64,000 nt of DNA from Minisyncoccota bacterium (GCA_041649495.1 JBAZMZ010000002.1:18793-82792); one strand, 5' to 3'; positions 17,091 to 25,752 are shown, numbered from the stretch's first letter. Program-made: numbers and translations. The notes: a model not told the origin generated them from the sequence alone.

Positions 17091-17981
17091 TCACTGTTGC
17101 GGGGAAACCACCGGAGGGAACACCGACGCCGAGCCAGAGTCGTCGCTGGTATCGACGACAACGAGCGTGCCGAACCAGACCTCGTCGTCGTCGAACCCGA
17201 AGCACGGGGACTCCGAGAAGTCGCCACCGCCGCCCGGATTGAATTCGTCGCCCGCGCAGTCGATCCAGAGATCGTCCACGTTTTCGAGGCGTTCCGGATG
17301 GGTCAGGAGCATGATGCCGATTTCGAAAGCTCCCAGACCACACTCACCGCCAAACATGACGACACGTGCCCGACGGACGGACTTGTCACGGTGGCGCAGA
17401 CCGAATTGGGCCGCGATGACGAGCAGGTTGTGTCCGCTTTGCATTTTACTGAGTTCGAGGAAGAATTCCTCCTTCTTGGCGTGCTGGCGCAGGTGTGCTT
17501 CGTCGATCTGGCCGTCGCGGTAGTTGTAAAGCGAACCGCGAACTTCCTTGATCTTGTCGAGCACCACCTGGACCGCTTCGGGGTAGGTCTTGGCGATCAA
17601 CCGCCAGTCCGGAATCAAGAAGCGACCTTCAGCGTTCGGCGGAAGCGCTTCGCCTTCGATCGTGGTGTCGAACGTGGTCTGGGCGAGTTCGGGGAACAGT
17701 TCCTTCAAGCGCGAGGCCTGTTCGGCGAGCGGCTTCGGCTGGCTGTAGCCCGAGAGGTACCCATATTGCGACTCGACTTCTTCGTCGGCGAACTGGTCGG
17801 GGTTCGTGAGCTGTTCGATCAGCACTTTCAAACCCTTCTGGAATTCGCCACCGTTCTCGTTGAGTCTCTGTGCCCGTTCTTCGTCTAAACCCAACTTGTT
17901 GTAGGTTGCACGAAAGAGGTCTACCGCTTGACGTCCCTTGGGATCGTCGGCCGTGATCAATGCTGTCTGTGGCATCGTCAT
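17091..17981 (-). CDS. DGR target (variable) protein; VR at the 3' end (about 17098-17241)
   Basis: The C-terminal roughly 48 codons match the TR with adenine-specific differences. The GC-rich IMH-like end ggctcggcgtcggtgttccctccggtggtttcccc lies at the VR 3' end. Whole-gene GC is well above the genome background. Confidence 0.75.
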   Translation of the reverse strand: MTMPQTALITADDPKGRQAVDLFRATYNKLGLDEERAQRLNENGGEFQKGLKVLIEQLTNPDQFADEEVESQYGYLSGYSQPKPLAEQASRLKELFPELAQTTFDTTIEGEALPPNAEGRFLIPDWRLIAKTYPEAVQVVLDKIKEVRGSLYNYRDGQIDEAHLRQHAKKEEFFLELSKMQSGHNLLVIAAQFGLRHRDKSVRRARVVMFGGECGLGAFEIGIMLLTHPERLENVDDLWIDCAGDEFNPGGGGDFSESPCFGFDDDEVWFGTLVVVDTSDDSGSASVFPPVVSPQQ

Positions 17982-18052
17982 CAGCTCCTTTCCTTGTTGG
18001 TCGTACTACAATTTACCGAAATCCTCGTCGGCGATCAGCTTCTCTCGCATGA

Positions 18053-18103
18053 GATGAGCCATTTATGGCCTAAATTAAGCCCCAAATGGCTCATCTCATT
18101 GCA
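18053..18103. repeat. perfect 16-bp inverted repeat (atgagatgagccattt / aaatggctcatctcat)
   Basis: Seen directly. Lies in the divergent intergenic region between the DGR target gene start and the 18226 gene. Confidence 0.6.
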
Positions 18104-18225
18104 GTGATTCTATTGTCAAAATCTGGGTATATTATATCAGATAGTGTCTGTTTGTCAAGGTCGCGTAATAATCCAATTTGAACAGTTTTTTTATCATAAT
18201 AAAGATCAAACGGTATTCTTAATAA

Positions 18226-18882
18226 ATGAACTTTAGACAGGCGATTAATATTCTAAAAAAGCAATTAAAGGAACAACAACCTCTAACTTTTAGTAGTTCT
18301 TGGATTTACCGTAATACACCAGCGTCTTATCGTTATTTCCGTCTTAATTATCGGACAGAAAATGATCAGATAGATTGGGATAAAGTTACTTATCAGCTAC
18401 CTCGTTCTTTCCAAAAACGCTGGATTCGTTATCGACATAAAACGGCAAAATGTTATGAAAATAAGAAAGAGATTGATTTGGTTCTTAATAAATATCGACG
18501 AAAACTCTATGTCGTAATCACCCCAATAACAGAGGTTGATAAACGACGAAGAGAAAGAATAATTATTGCACTTGTTCGGGTCGCTCAAAAAGGCAACACC
18601 CTAGCGGAGCAAGAACTTTCTCATTGGCTTAGTTACATTATCGACGATTGGGTTGATCGTTATTATGCCCTACGAGTTTGGCGAGGCTATACCGATATAA
18701 TTCAAATGAAAATTGCCGGTTGTATTCGAGGATATCGCTACACTGGCAGTTTTCTTGGTTATCTGTATCGCACGCTTGAGTATGCCGGCCGAGGTCTCTG
18801 CTCACTCCAAAAGTTTTCGTTTGATGATCCGATATTAGATGGGCAAAAAACTCGAATCGATTATTTTATTCATGATCCTTAA
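18226..18882 (+). CDS. hypothetical protein (218 aa), phage-like context
   Basis: ORF adjacent to the terminase genes. No confident motif; weak sigma-factor-like helical segment. Confidence 0.45.
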   Translation: MNFRQAINILKKQLKEQQPLTFSSSWIYRNTPASYRYFRLNYRTENDQIDWDKVTYQLPRSFQKRWIRYRHKTAKCYENKKEIDLVLNKYRRKLYVVITPITEVDKRRRERIIIALVRVAQKGNTLAEQELSHWLSYIIDDWVDRYYALRVWRGYTDIIQMKIAGCIRGYRYTGSFLGYLYRTLEYAGRGLCSLQKFSFDDPILDGQKTRIDYFIHDP

Positions 18883-18884
18883 CC

Positions 18885-20345
18885 TCAAAAGAAAAAAATC
18901 CTTTGGCCACCCGGTCGTTCTTCCATAACACTTAGCACCATGATTGAAAAGGCATCGGCTAGATCGTCGTGCTTTTCCACTCCGAAATTAATAATTTGAT
19001 TAAGGAGTTCTTCACAATTATCCCTTGGAAAGAGGATTTTGCCAGACTTTATCCAGTGAGCTGTCATAACGAGACGACTTCGTTTGTCGCCACAAGGACG
19101 AGATGTCATGATGTTGTAGATGTTTTCGGCTTCAAGTTGTTGTGGCAACGCTCGTTGGTAAGCGACGTCTTCGAAGACAAACTCCGGGATCGTATCATCA
19201 GCGTAATATGACTTGTAAATTGATTTACAAAGTTCGACCGTCTCTGGGAAGGTAATTTTTTTATTAACAATTTTGGGCAAGATATAAATTCGTAGTCCAT
19301 TATCATCTTCGTATGCACAGCCGATCACCATTGCCGTATAATCAGCTGAGTCTTTTTGTGAGATTGCTAAATCCACCCCAATTCGGATACCAAGATAACA
19401 GGAGTATCCGTAGCGTTTTTTCTTCTTTGAGGGTAGTTCGTCGTAATAGTGAATCCAGTCTCGGTGGATGGCCTGCTCTTCAGATGGGACGATGCGAAGC
19501 AGGTATTCTCGTTGCCAGGCATACTCGTTGGCCGATCGCCTTTTCTCTGTCTCAATATCCTCCATTGTCGGATATTTCCCCGGCCAAAGAATTTGGCCGT
19601 TTTGGACTAATGGATATTGTTTAAATACGCCATCTAGTTTTCCGGTCTCAATATTTTCTTTAATCCGCATTAAGAGTGAATCTTCGTGCAGAAGATTACC
19701 AACGATGACAATTCTGGTATCTCGATCACCAGCCGGGACCACCTCAGCTGTTAGCCACTGATATGTTTTATTGCGACTTTCGCGAGTTTTAGTTGAAGAG
19801 AGATCCTCTACGTCGTCACCGATTATTAGATCAGGACGATGTTGGTTGTGTCTTAAACCTCTGATACTTTGCTCGCTTGAGGCAACGGTAATACGAGCAT
19901 TTGAATTGGAGAAAACCAGTGACGAAGTTCCCCATTCATTGGATTCTTCGTTGAATGGTCCGAGGTCGTTTTTCAACACCGTGTTTTCTTCTAACTCTCG
20001 GCGAAGATTCATCATGTGCTGTTTAGCCTGAGCTTGAGTTTGACAGAGAATGAGAACAAATTTTTTCTGTTGTCTACCGAGAATAGCCCAGAGCGGATAG
20101 GAAGTGGTGATAATAGTTGATTTACCACAACCACGAAAAGCAACGACAAAGAAGTTCTTCACCGATTCGTCTTCTGTTAAGCCGATAATTTCTCGCTGGA
20201 AAGTGGCCGTCTGGTATTTAATGTAATGGGCGAAATAAAAATGAAAGAAATACCAGTGACTTTCCTTGGTAATGGAAATTCTAACTTTCTGGTCGCGGAT
20301 CATCGTTTCCGCTAGATCCACTGGGATCACATTTTTCGTTGTCAT
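18885..20345 (-). CDS. phage terminase large subunit
   Basis: Walker A FRGCGKST near the N-terminus, ATPase then RNaseH-like nuclease half with acidic residues (DDLADAF). Size about 486 aa. Confidence 0.85.
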   Translation of the reverse strand: MTTKNVIPVDLAETMIRDQKVRISITKESHWYFFHFYFAHYIKYQTATFQREIIGLTEDESVKNFFVVAFRGCGKSTIITTSYPLWAILGRQQKKFVLILCQTQAQAKQHMMNLRRELEENTVLKNDLGPFNEESNEWGTSSLVFSNSNARITVASSEQSIRGLRHNQHRPDLIIGDDVEDLSSTKTRESRNKTYQWLTAEVVPAGDRDTRIVIVGNLLHEDSLLMRIKENIETGKLDGVFKQYPLVQNGQILWPGKYPTMEDIETEKRRSANEYAWQREYLLRIVPSEEQAIHRDWIHYYDELPSKKKKRYGYSCYLGIRIGVDLAISQKDSADYTAMVIGCAYEDDNGLRIYILPKIVNKKITFPETVELCKSIYKSYYADDTIPEFVFEDVAYQRALPQQLEAENIYNIMTSRPCGDKRSRLVMTAHWIKSGKILFPRDNCEELLNQIINFGVEKHDDLADAFSIMVLSVMEERPGGQRIFFF

Positions 20346-20754
20346 GTTGGTTGTCGTTATCGCTATTAATTTCTGTTGGCTCAGGTATTTGAGCTAGTTT
20401 TAGGGCCTCACGAACAATAGCTTCCTGTTCGGGGGTTAATTCACCGTTGTTTTGGATTTTGGCTGTTACCTCCATCTTATCTTTGAATCTGGTATTACGA
20501 TGTCGTAACCAAAAACTAATTGCGGGGAAATTTCTTTCTTTAATCAGACTCAACAACTGGCTTTCACTCATATCATTAACTAACGCCTCACCCTCGGCTA
20601 AGGCCTCGTTCATTTCTTTCTTAAATTCCTTATCTTTATCGCACCAGCGATACACACTGGTGCGAGAGACATTCATCTTTTCACATGCGACTTGCACAAT
20701 GGGTACTTTTTTCAATTCCTCCAAAAAGGAATTTCTTACTTTAGCTTTTTTCAT
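20281..20754 (-). CDS. HTH protein, probable terminase small subunit
   Basis: N-terminal HTH (VACEKMNVSRTSVYRWC). Overlaps the start of the terminase large subunit gene, an arrangement typical of small/large terminase pairs. Confidence 0.5.
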   Translation of the reverse strand: MKKAKVRNSFLEELKKVPIVQVACEKMNVSRTSVYRWCDKDKEFKKEMNEALAEGEALVNDMSESQLLSLIKERNFPAISFWLRHRNTRFKDKMEVTAKIQNNGELTPEQEAIVREALKLAQIPEPTEINSDNDNQHDNEKCDPSGSSGNDDPRPES

Positions 20755-22021
20755 GGTTAATCTTTGCCTTACGGCCGGTTAATTTCTCATAATGTCGAAT
20801 TGCCAAATCACAAAAAACGGGTTCAAGCTCGACAGCGAAGACTCTTCGCTTGAGTTGCTCGCCTGCAATTAAAGTGCTGGACGACCCGGAGAAGCTATCT
20901 AAAATAATGTCGCCGGGCTTGGTGCAACGGCGAATCGCTTTTTCGTGCAATTTTGGTGGCTTGGAAGTGGCATGTTCATAATCTTTGCCGGATAGTCGTT
21001 TAACCGCCCAGACATCAATATTGTCTAAAGCTTCCTCGACCAGAGCGTTGCCTGTACCGATTTCTTTATTGAGTACCTCATTCAGATTTTTAATCTCCGG
21101 AGCGATATATGGTTTACCCCTAACGCCATAAGTACATGGCTCATAGCATTTATTGAAAGCTACACCCGGAGTCGGGTTCTGACCGTTCTTGAGCCAGAGA
21201 CAAATTCGTTTATTTTCAATTCCTAATTCGCGGTATAAATCTTGAACCAGCCCGACGTATATCTGGTCCGACCAATAGAAAACGTGGGTGTCAGGCTTGG
21301 CAACCATTAGGGCGTTAACCAGACTTTGGCGCAGAAAGTCTCGATATTCGACAAAAGTTCGTTTGTCGTTTACATTACCGCCATAATTTTTCTTGCCACC
21401 GATACCTTGGGAATAATCTAGGTTGATGTTGTAGGGAGGATCTGAGTAGATCATCGAAGCTCTATTGTTGCCAAATAGTCGCCTTAGGATGGCCGGGTCG
21501 CCAGAACTACCACAGATTAAGCGGTGTGGCCCAAGCTCGATTAGGTCGCCTAGCTTTGTCTTAGGTTCTTTAATTTTTTCTAATTCTTTTTCTTCGTCAA
21601 AATCATCATCCTTGGTTTCTAGGTTTTGATCCCAGATTTTGGCTAATTCGTCTTGATTAAATCCGATATCAGTGAGAAGATCTAGGTTAAATGATTTCAA
21701 TTTCTCAAAATCCCAGTCGCCAGTGACGGCATTGGAAGTGATGAGGTATTGATCATATTCCTGTTGTGTTAATTTACGGTTAGGAATTCTGACCTCGATT
21801 AATTCTTCACCTCGACCCAGCACCTGCAGAGCACGAATCCGTTGGTGCCCAGCAACGATTTTGCCATCAATATCCACGGCCGGTAGTTCAACAAGGTTGA
21901 ACTTTCTCAGACTCTTCTTCAAATCGCTCATTTGCTTGTCTGAAATCAAGCGCGGATTTTTAGCATAAGGCAGGAGGTCGTTGACCTTGCGTTTTTGAGT
22001 AGACCAAATTAATTTTTTCAT
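20741..22021 (-). CDS. ParB-like nuclease domain fused to DNA methyltransferase (second copy)
   Basis: Same architecture and motif set as the 7737-9008 gene (ParB-like N-terminus, DPPYNINLDY, FSGSSSTLIAGE). Confidence 0.85.
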   Translation of the reverse strand: MKKLIWSTQKRKVNDLLPYAKNPRLISDKQMSDLKKSLRKFNLVELPAVDIDGKIVAGHQRIRALQVLGRGEELIEVRIPNRKLTQQEYDQYLITSNAVTGDWDFEKLKSFNLDLLTDIGFNQDELAKIWDQNLETKDDDFDEEKELEKIKEPKTKLGDLIELGPHRLICGSSGDPAILRRLFGNNRASMIYSDPPYNINLDYSQGIGGKKNYGGNVNDKRTFVEYRDFLRQSLVNALMVAKPDTHVFYWSDQIYVGLVQDLYRELGIENKRICLWLKNGQNPTPGVAFNKCYEPCTYGVRGKPYIAPEIKNLNEVLNKEIGTGNALVEEALDNIDVWAVKRLSGKDYEHATSKPPKLHEKAIRRCTKPGDIILDSFSGSSSTLIAGEQLKRRVFAVELEPVFCDLAIRHYEKLTGRKAKINHEKS

Positions 22022-22106
22022 GTTTTTTATTTATTAAATTAATAATACTGTAGCATTCTTGAGCTACAGTATTATTGAAACAGGTCGAAAAAATATATCT
22101 GTAATT

Positions 22107-22949
22107 TTACGGGCTACTTTTTTCCAGATTTTTCTTAAATCGTTTTTGTCTTAGTTTTTTAAGCGAGCGTAAAATCTCATCGATTTCTCCTGTCTTAAAT
22201 TTTTTTCCGGTTTCTTCTTGAACAAATTCAATTATCTCTTCTCGACTAATTTTACCTTTGGTGTATTCTACCTCGTCGAAATAATTACGGTTATTATATG
22301 TTTTTTCTAAAACGATTCGTGCATCAATATCTTTAAGAGGATTGATGTTGGGGAGTCGATTCCCTAGGATGTCATTAACGTAATGTTTTATATATCTGAG
22401 GTCTTTCTCTGTAAGTTTTGCATAGATGGACAAAGTTACAGCTCTAGCCTTTAGGTTTTCTGGCGTGCCTGGTCTATTCCCAAATATGGTTACTGGAATC
22501 ATCCAAAAGTCATTTTGGACAATATAGCCCCATATACTGTTCTCACAATTTATTGGCAGATTAAAATCGTTAACAAGTAGTTTTATTTGCCGAGATAGAT
22601 AATTTATAGGTAGAGGGTCGTGGAGTTTATATCTCAAGTCATCATATTCTTTCCGACTGATTTTCTTAGCCTCGTACAAATTATAAAGTCGTCTAAGTTC
22701 TTGATTAAATTCCTTTGAGTTCATCATCTCCTCTGATTTATTACCCATTCCCTTTTCCCATTCTTCAAATTTTTTGCCGAAGTCTGGCGTCTTGGGATCG
22801 AAACCATTTTGGGGTATACCAAGATAGTGACGAATTTCGACGGCACGCCCTATAAAATCTGGGTCCGAGACCGCAAGTTTCAAGTTATCCTTGATTTTCT
22901 GAGAAGAAGGAAGTTGAGAGGGTTTTTGTTTGGGCTTTTCCTTAACCAT
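22107..22949 (-). CDS. hypothetical protein
   Basis: Probable start at MVKEKPKQ (22949); the N-terminal extension back to 23096 is hydrophobic junk. No recognisable motif. Confidence 0.45.
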   Translation of the reverse strand: MVKEKPKQKPSQLPSSQKIKDNLKLAVSDPDFIGRAVEIRHYLGIPQNGFDPKTPDFGKKFEEWEKGMGNKSEEMMNSKEFNQELRRLYNLYEAKKISRKEYDDLRYKLHDPLPINYLSRQIKLLVNDFNLPINCENSIWGYIVQNDFWMIPVTIFGNRPGTPENLKARAVTLSIYAKLTEKDLRYIKHYVNDILGNRLPNINPLKDIDARIVLEKTYNNRNYFDEVEYTKGKISREEIIEFVQEETGKKFKTGEIDEILRSLKKLRQKRFKKNLEKSSP

Positions 22950-23081
22950 GTGAATATTATACTCCCATTTAATTTTTAAAATAAGTCTAAATATGGTATA
23001 ATAAGGGAGATTTTCGCAAAATAAAGCAAAATTTAGCGGAAATATTCCCAAAAAGTTAAAAAATAACGATTTAAAACAAAA

Positions 23082-23327
23082 ATGTCTAATTATCACGTTA
23101 CAAATCCTAAAGGATCGGATATTTGGAAAGTCCTAAAAGAAGGAGCTGGTCGGTCTTCGGCAACAGCTCAAACCCAAAAACAAGCTGAGACTATCGCCAA
23201 ATTATTATCAGCTAATTCGGGTGGTGGCGAAGTCGCTATCCATCGGTCAAACGGTGGACCAATTCGAGACAAAGATACCGTTTGGCCAGGGCACGATCCA
23301 AATCCGCCAAAAGATAATAAACACTAA
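23082..23327 (+). CDS. DUF2188-like small protein; first gene of a tightly packed five-gene operon
   Basis: 81 aa with W..G.RS....TQKQA...AK.L....GGGE..IH..NG.I pattern ending in PPKD. A TATAAT-like box about 80 nt upstream. 2-3 nt gaps to the following genes. Confidence 0.5.
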   Translation: MSNYHVTNPKGSDIWKVLKEGAGRSSATAQTQKQAETIAKLLSANSGGGEVAIHRSNGGPIRDKDTVWPGHDPNPPKDNKH

Positions 23328-23329
23328 AT

Positions 23330-23497
23330 ATGAAATGTGAAAAATGTGATAAAGATATGAGACAGATTGGGCCTTTTGCTCAAACCAAGGCCGAGGGAGA
23401 GCCGGCTGGTAAATGGGATGGGGTTCTGGATTTTCAATGTGTAAATCCTGATTGCGAAAATTACAATAAGATTATAAGAAAAGAGACCCTTGGCTAG
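23330..23497 (+). CDS. zinc-ribbon protein (55 aa), not in the ORF track
   Basis: Direct translation MKCEKCDKDM...FQCVNPDCENYNKII gives two CxxC pairs. Starts 3 nt after the previous stop and ends 2 nt before the next start. Confidence 0.45.
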   Translation: MKCEKCDKDMRQIGPFAQTKAEGEPAGKWDGVLDFQCVNPDCENYNKIIRKETLG

Positions 23498-23499
23498 AT

Positions 23500-23892
23500 A
23501 TGGAGGCAAAATTAAAACATCTAGGATTTATACAGGATACGATTAATCGTATGGCAAAAAATTCCTTCCTGCTAAAGGGCTGGGCGCTGACTGTTATTGG
23601 GGGCTTACTGGCATTGAGCCTGAAAGAAATGATTTGCCAATATCTTTTTATCTCTTTGGCGGCTCTGATTTTCTTTTGGCTGTTGGACAGTTACTATTTG
23701 TGCCAAGAAAAGCTATTTATTAGACTTTATGATAAGACAAGAGACCTACCAGGGGATCAGATAAATTTTTCTATGAATACGGATTCTTTTAAAACGAAAA
23801 CGGGCTGGCTAAAATGTTGTTTTTCAAGAACCATCTCTTTATTTTATGGCGGACTTTTTTTAATGCACTTAATTATAATTTTAATTTCATAA
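23500..23892 (+). CDS. small membrane protein (2-3 TM)
   Basis: Hydrophobic segments. Translationally coupled to its neighbours. Confidence 0.5.
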   Translation: MEAKLKHLGFIQDTINRMAKNSFLLKGWALTVIGGLLALSLKEMICQYLFISLAALIFFWLLDSYYLCQEKLFIRLYDKTRDLPGDQINFSMNTDSFKTKTGWLKCCFSRTISLFYGGLFLMHLIIILIS

Positions 23893-23895
23893 ATT

Positions 23896-24492
23896 ATGGC
23901 AAGAAAAGTATTTTATAGTTTCCATTTTGAGCGAGATTCCCAAAGGGCGGCACAGGTTAGGAATAGCCATTCCCTTGCCGACGAAGACGAATATGGCGTA
24001 GTCGATTCTGTCGAGTGGGAGAAAATTGAACGCCAAGGAAAACAGGCTGTTGAAAATTGGATAAAAGATCAATTGAAATATACCTCGGTTACAGTTGTTC
24101 TTATCGGAGCAGAAACGGCTGACCGAGAGTGGGTTCAGTATGAAATCCGGCAAAGTTGGGATCGTGGTAACGGGTTAGTTGGCGTTAGTATACATAATGT
24201 GAAAAATTTAGATGGAAAGACAGATACCGCCGGTCCAAATCCATTTGAGCGTGTATTGTTAGCGGATGGTTCGCCTGTTTCATCAATTTGTAAAATTTAT
24301 GACTGGGTTACAGAAGACGGTATTGGCAATTTGGGTAAATGGGTTGAAGAGGCCTTCCAGACAAGGGTTAGTTATAAAGGAGAAAAAAATCTTAAGGCTA
24401 ACCATTTGGAAAAAACTAGCACCGATAACTCCTCAAGGTTATCTAGTGGTCCTGTGACTTTGAACAATCCTCCTCAGCCATGGACACCATAG
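23896..24492 (+). CDS. TIR-like domain protein (DUF1863 / ThsB-like)
   Basis: N-terminal RKVFYSFHFERD, later SVTVVLIGAETADREWVQYEI and GLVGVSIHNVKN match the bacterial TIR-like (MTH538/DUF1863) pattern. Confidence 0.5.
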   Translation: MARKVFYSFHFERDSQRAAQVRNSHSLADEDEYGVVDSVEWEKIERQGKQAVENWIKDQLKYTSVTVVLIGAETADREWVQYEIRQSWDRGNGLVGVSIHNVKNLDGKTDTAGPNPFERVLLADGSPVSSICKIYDWVTEDGIGNLGKWVEEAFQTRVSYKGEKNLKANHLEKTSTDNSSRLSSGPVTLNNPPQPWTP

Positions 24493-25211
24493 AAAAATAT
24501 GATTTTTCAGAAGATGAAATATCTGCTGTTAGAAATAGATTTCCAAAATTAACACTAAAAGAGCGCGGGGTTTGGGAAGGAGAAATTGAGATCAATGCTG
24601 TTTATAATGAGTATCTCATTCAGGACAGCTTTGAGATACAAATTATTGCCAATAATTTGTATCCTGATGAGATGCCGGTCTTGATGGAAATTGGTGGTCG
24701 GACAGAGGATATTGCTGACAAGTATCAGCTCAAAGACAAGCGATCCTTGCATTACAATTCAGTAACAAAAGTTGCTTGTCTTTGTGTTAAACCAAGAGAA
24801 AAACAATATTTCCCAACAGGCTCAAATCTCGTGATTTTTATTAATGACCTCGTAACCCCATACTTGTATGGGTTAAGCTATTTCGATAAAAATGGCCGGT
24901 GGCCGTGGGGAGAGTATGGTCATGGAATCATGGGGTTGTTAGAGTGTTATGCTGAGAATTCTATAGTTAAAGACTCAGCTAGTATAGAAAATTTGATAAA
25001 GACAATACGAAGAGAACCAAACTGGAAAGAATATAATATTCAACTGAGAAAGCCTAACAGTAAGAAAAATTGCCTATGTGGTTTAGGGGACAGATCATTT
25101 GAAAAATGCCATAGTCTAGCTTGGGAGGGGCTTAAAAAATTACAGCAAGATGTTCTGTCTTTGGGACTTAATCCGAATAAGCTATTTCAAATCGTCGGGG
25201 GTAAAAAGTGA
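24480..25211 (+). CDS. hypothetical protein with E2/UBC-like HxN...C signature and C-terminal SEC-C-like metal-binding motif
   Basis: HYNSVTKVACLCV resembles the E2 HPN...C catalytic signature. NCLCGLGDRSFEKCHS resembles the SEC-C motif CxCGSG..K.CH. Overlaps the TIR-like gene by 13 nt. Confidence 0.4.
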   Translation: MDTIEKYDFSEDEISAVRNRFPKLTLKERGVWEGEIEINAVYNEYLIQDSFEIQIIANNLYPDEMPVLMEIGGRTEDIADKYQLKDKRSLHYNSVTKVACLCVKPREKQYFPTGSNLVIFINDLVTPYLYGLSYFDKNGRWPWGEYGHGIMGLLECYAENSIVKDSASIENLIKTIRREPNWKEYNIQLRKPNSKKNCLCGLGDRSFEKCHSLAWEGLKKLQQDVLSLGLNPNKLFQIVGGKK

Positions 25212-25413
25212 CAGGCAAATGCAACTTTTACCCCTTACCCGTGTCACTTTTGTCACTTTGTGCTAAAATAGGGGTGCTCGAGATGCGTCGATTTGATATT
25301 ATGAATTTTAACCAAAAAACCTTACAGGGTTTGGCCGTGAAAGGTCCGAACTCGAAGTAGCCCGCCAATTTTCACTTGTTAGAGTTGATTAATTAACTCA
25401 TTATTTATTAATT

Positions 25414-25752
25414 ATGCGGATTTGGGATATCTAACCAAAGAATTTATGTCGAAAACATTTACTGGCCGAGCATCGGGAGCTTCATGGTCTCTGGAATATT
25501 TTGACGAAACATCAGGGTCGAGGTGGGTATTCAAAACATCCCGAAACTTTGCGTTGGGTCGGCAAACAAAAGGCGCTTTATGGTCGGCACGAAGCTTTGG
25601 TGAAAGAATTTTCTCGGCGGGGGTATTCTCATCAGACACCCCTTGATAAAAGATTGGCACTTGGAATTGGTCGGCAGAATTGTTTTATCAATACTGTTGG
25701 AGAGCAACGGATAATTCTTAAACAAAAACCTTGCGATTGTCTCCTGTCTTAA
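25414..25752 (+). pseudogene. pyrimidine dimer DNA glycosylase (T4 endonuclease V / DenV family), interrupted by an in-frame TAA
   Basis: ATG at 25414 gives MRIWDI, then TAA at 25432-25434. The same frame continues PKNLCRKHLLAEHRELHGLWNIL...YSKHPETLRW...RRGYSH, matching the family. ORF-track entries 25422 and 25501 are fragments of this gene. Confidence 0.6.

Larger units (their letters stand above)
4922..23100. mobile_element. prophage-like / mosaic mobile region (MTases, ParB-MTase twice, stand-alone RT, serine recombinase, DGR, terminase small and large)
   Basis: Gene content and strand blocks; boundaries not defined. May be more than one element. Confidence 0.35.

Noticed and set aside
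17007-17888. 293-aa plus-strand ORF antisense to the DGR target
   Set aside because: Artefact of high local GC; the minus-strand gene carries the VR.
25422-25752. ORF-track entries 25422 (74 aa) and 25501 (83 aa) as separate genes
   Set aside because: They are out-of-frame and downstream fragments of the single denV-like pseudogene.
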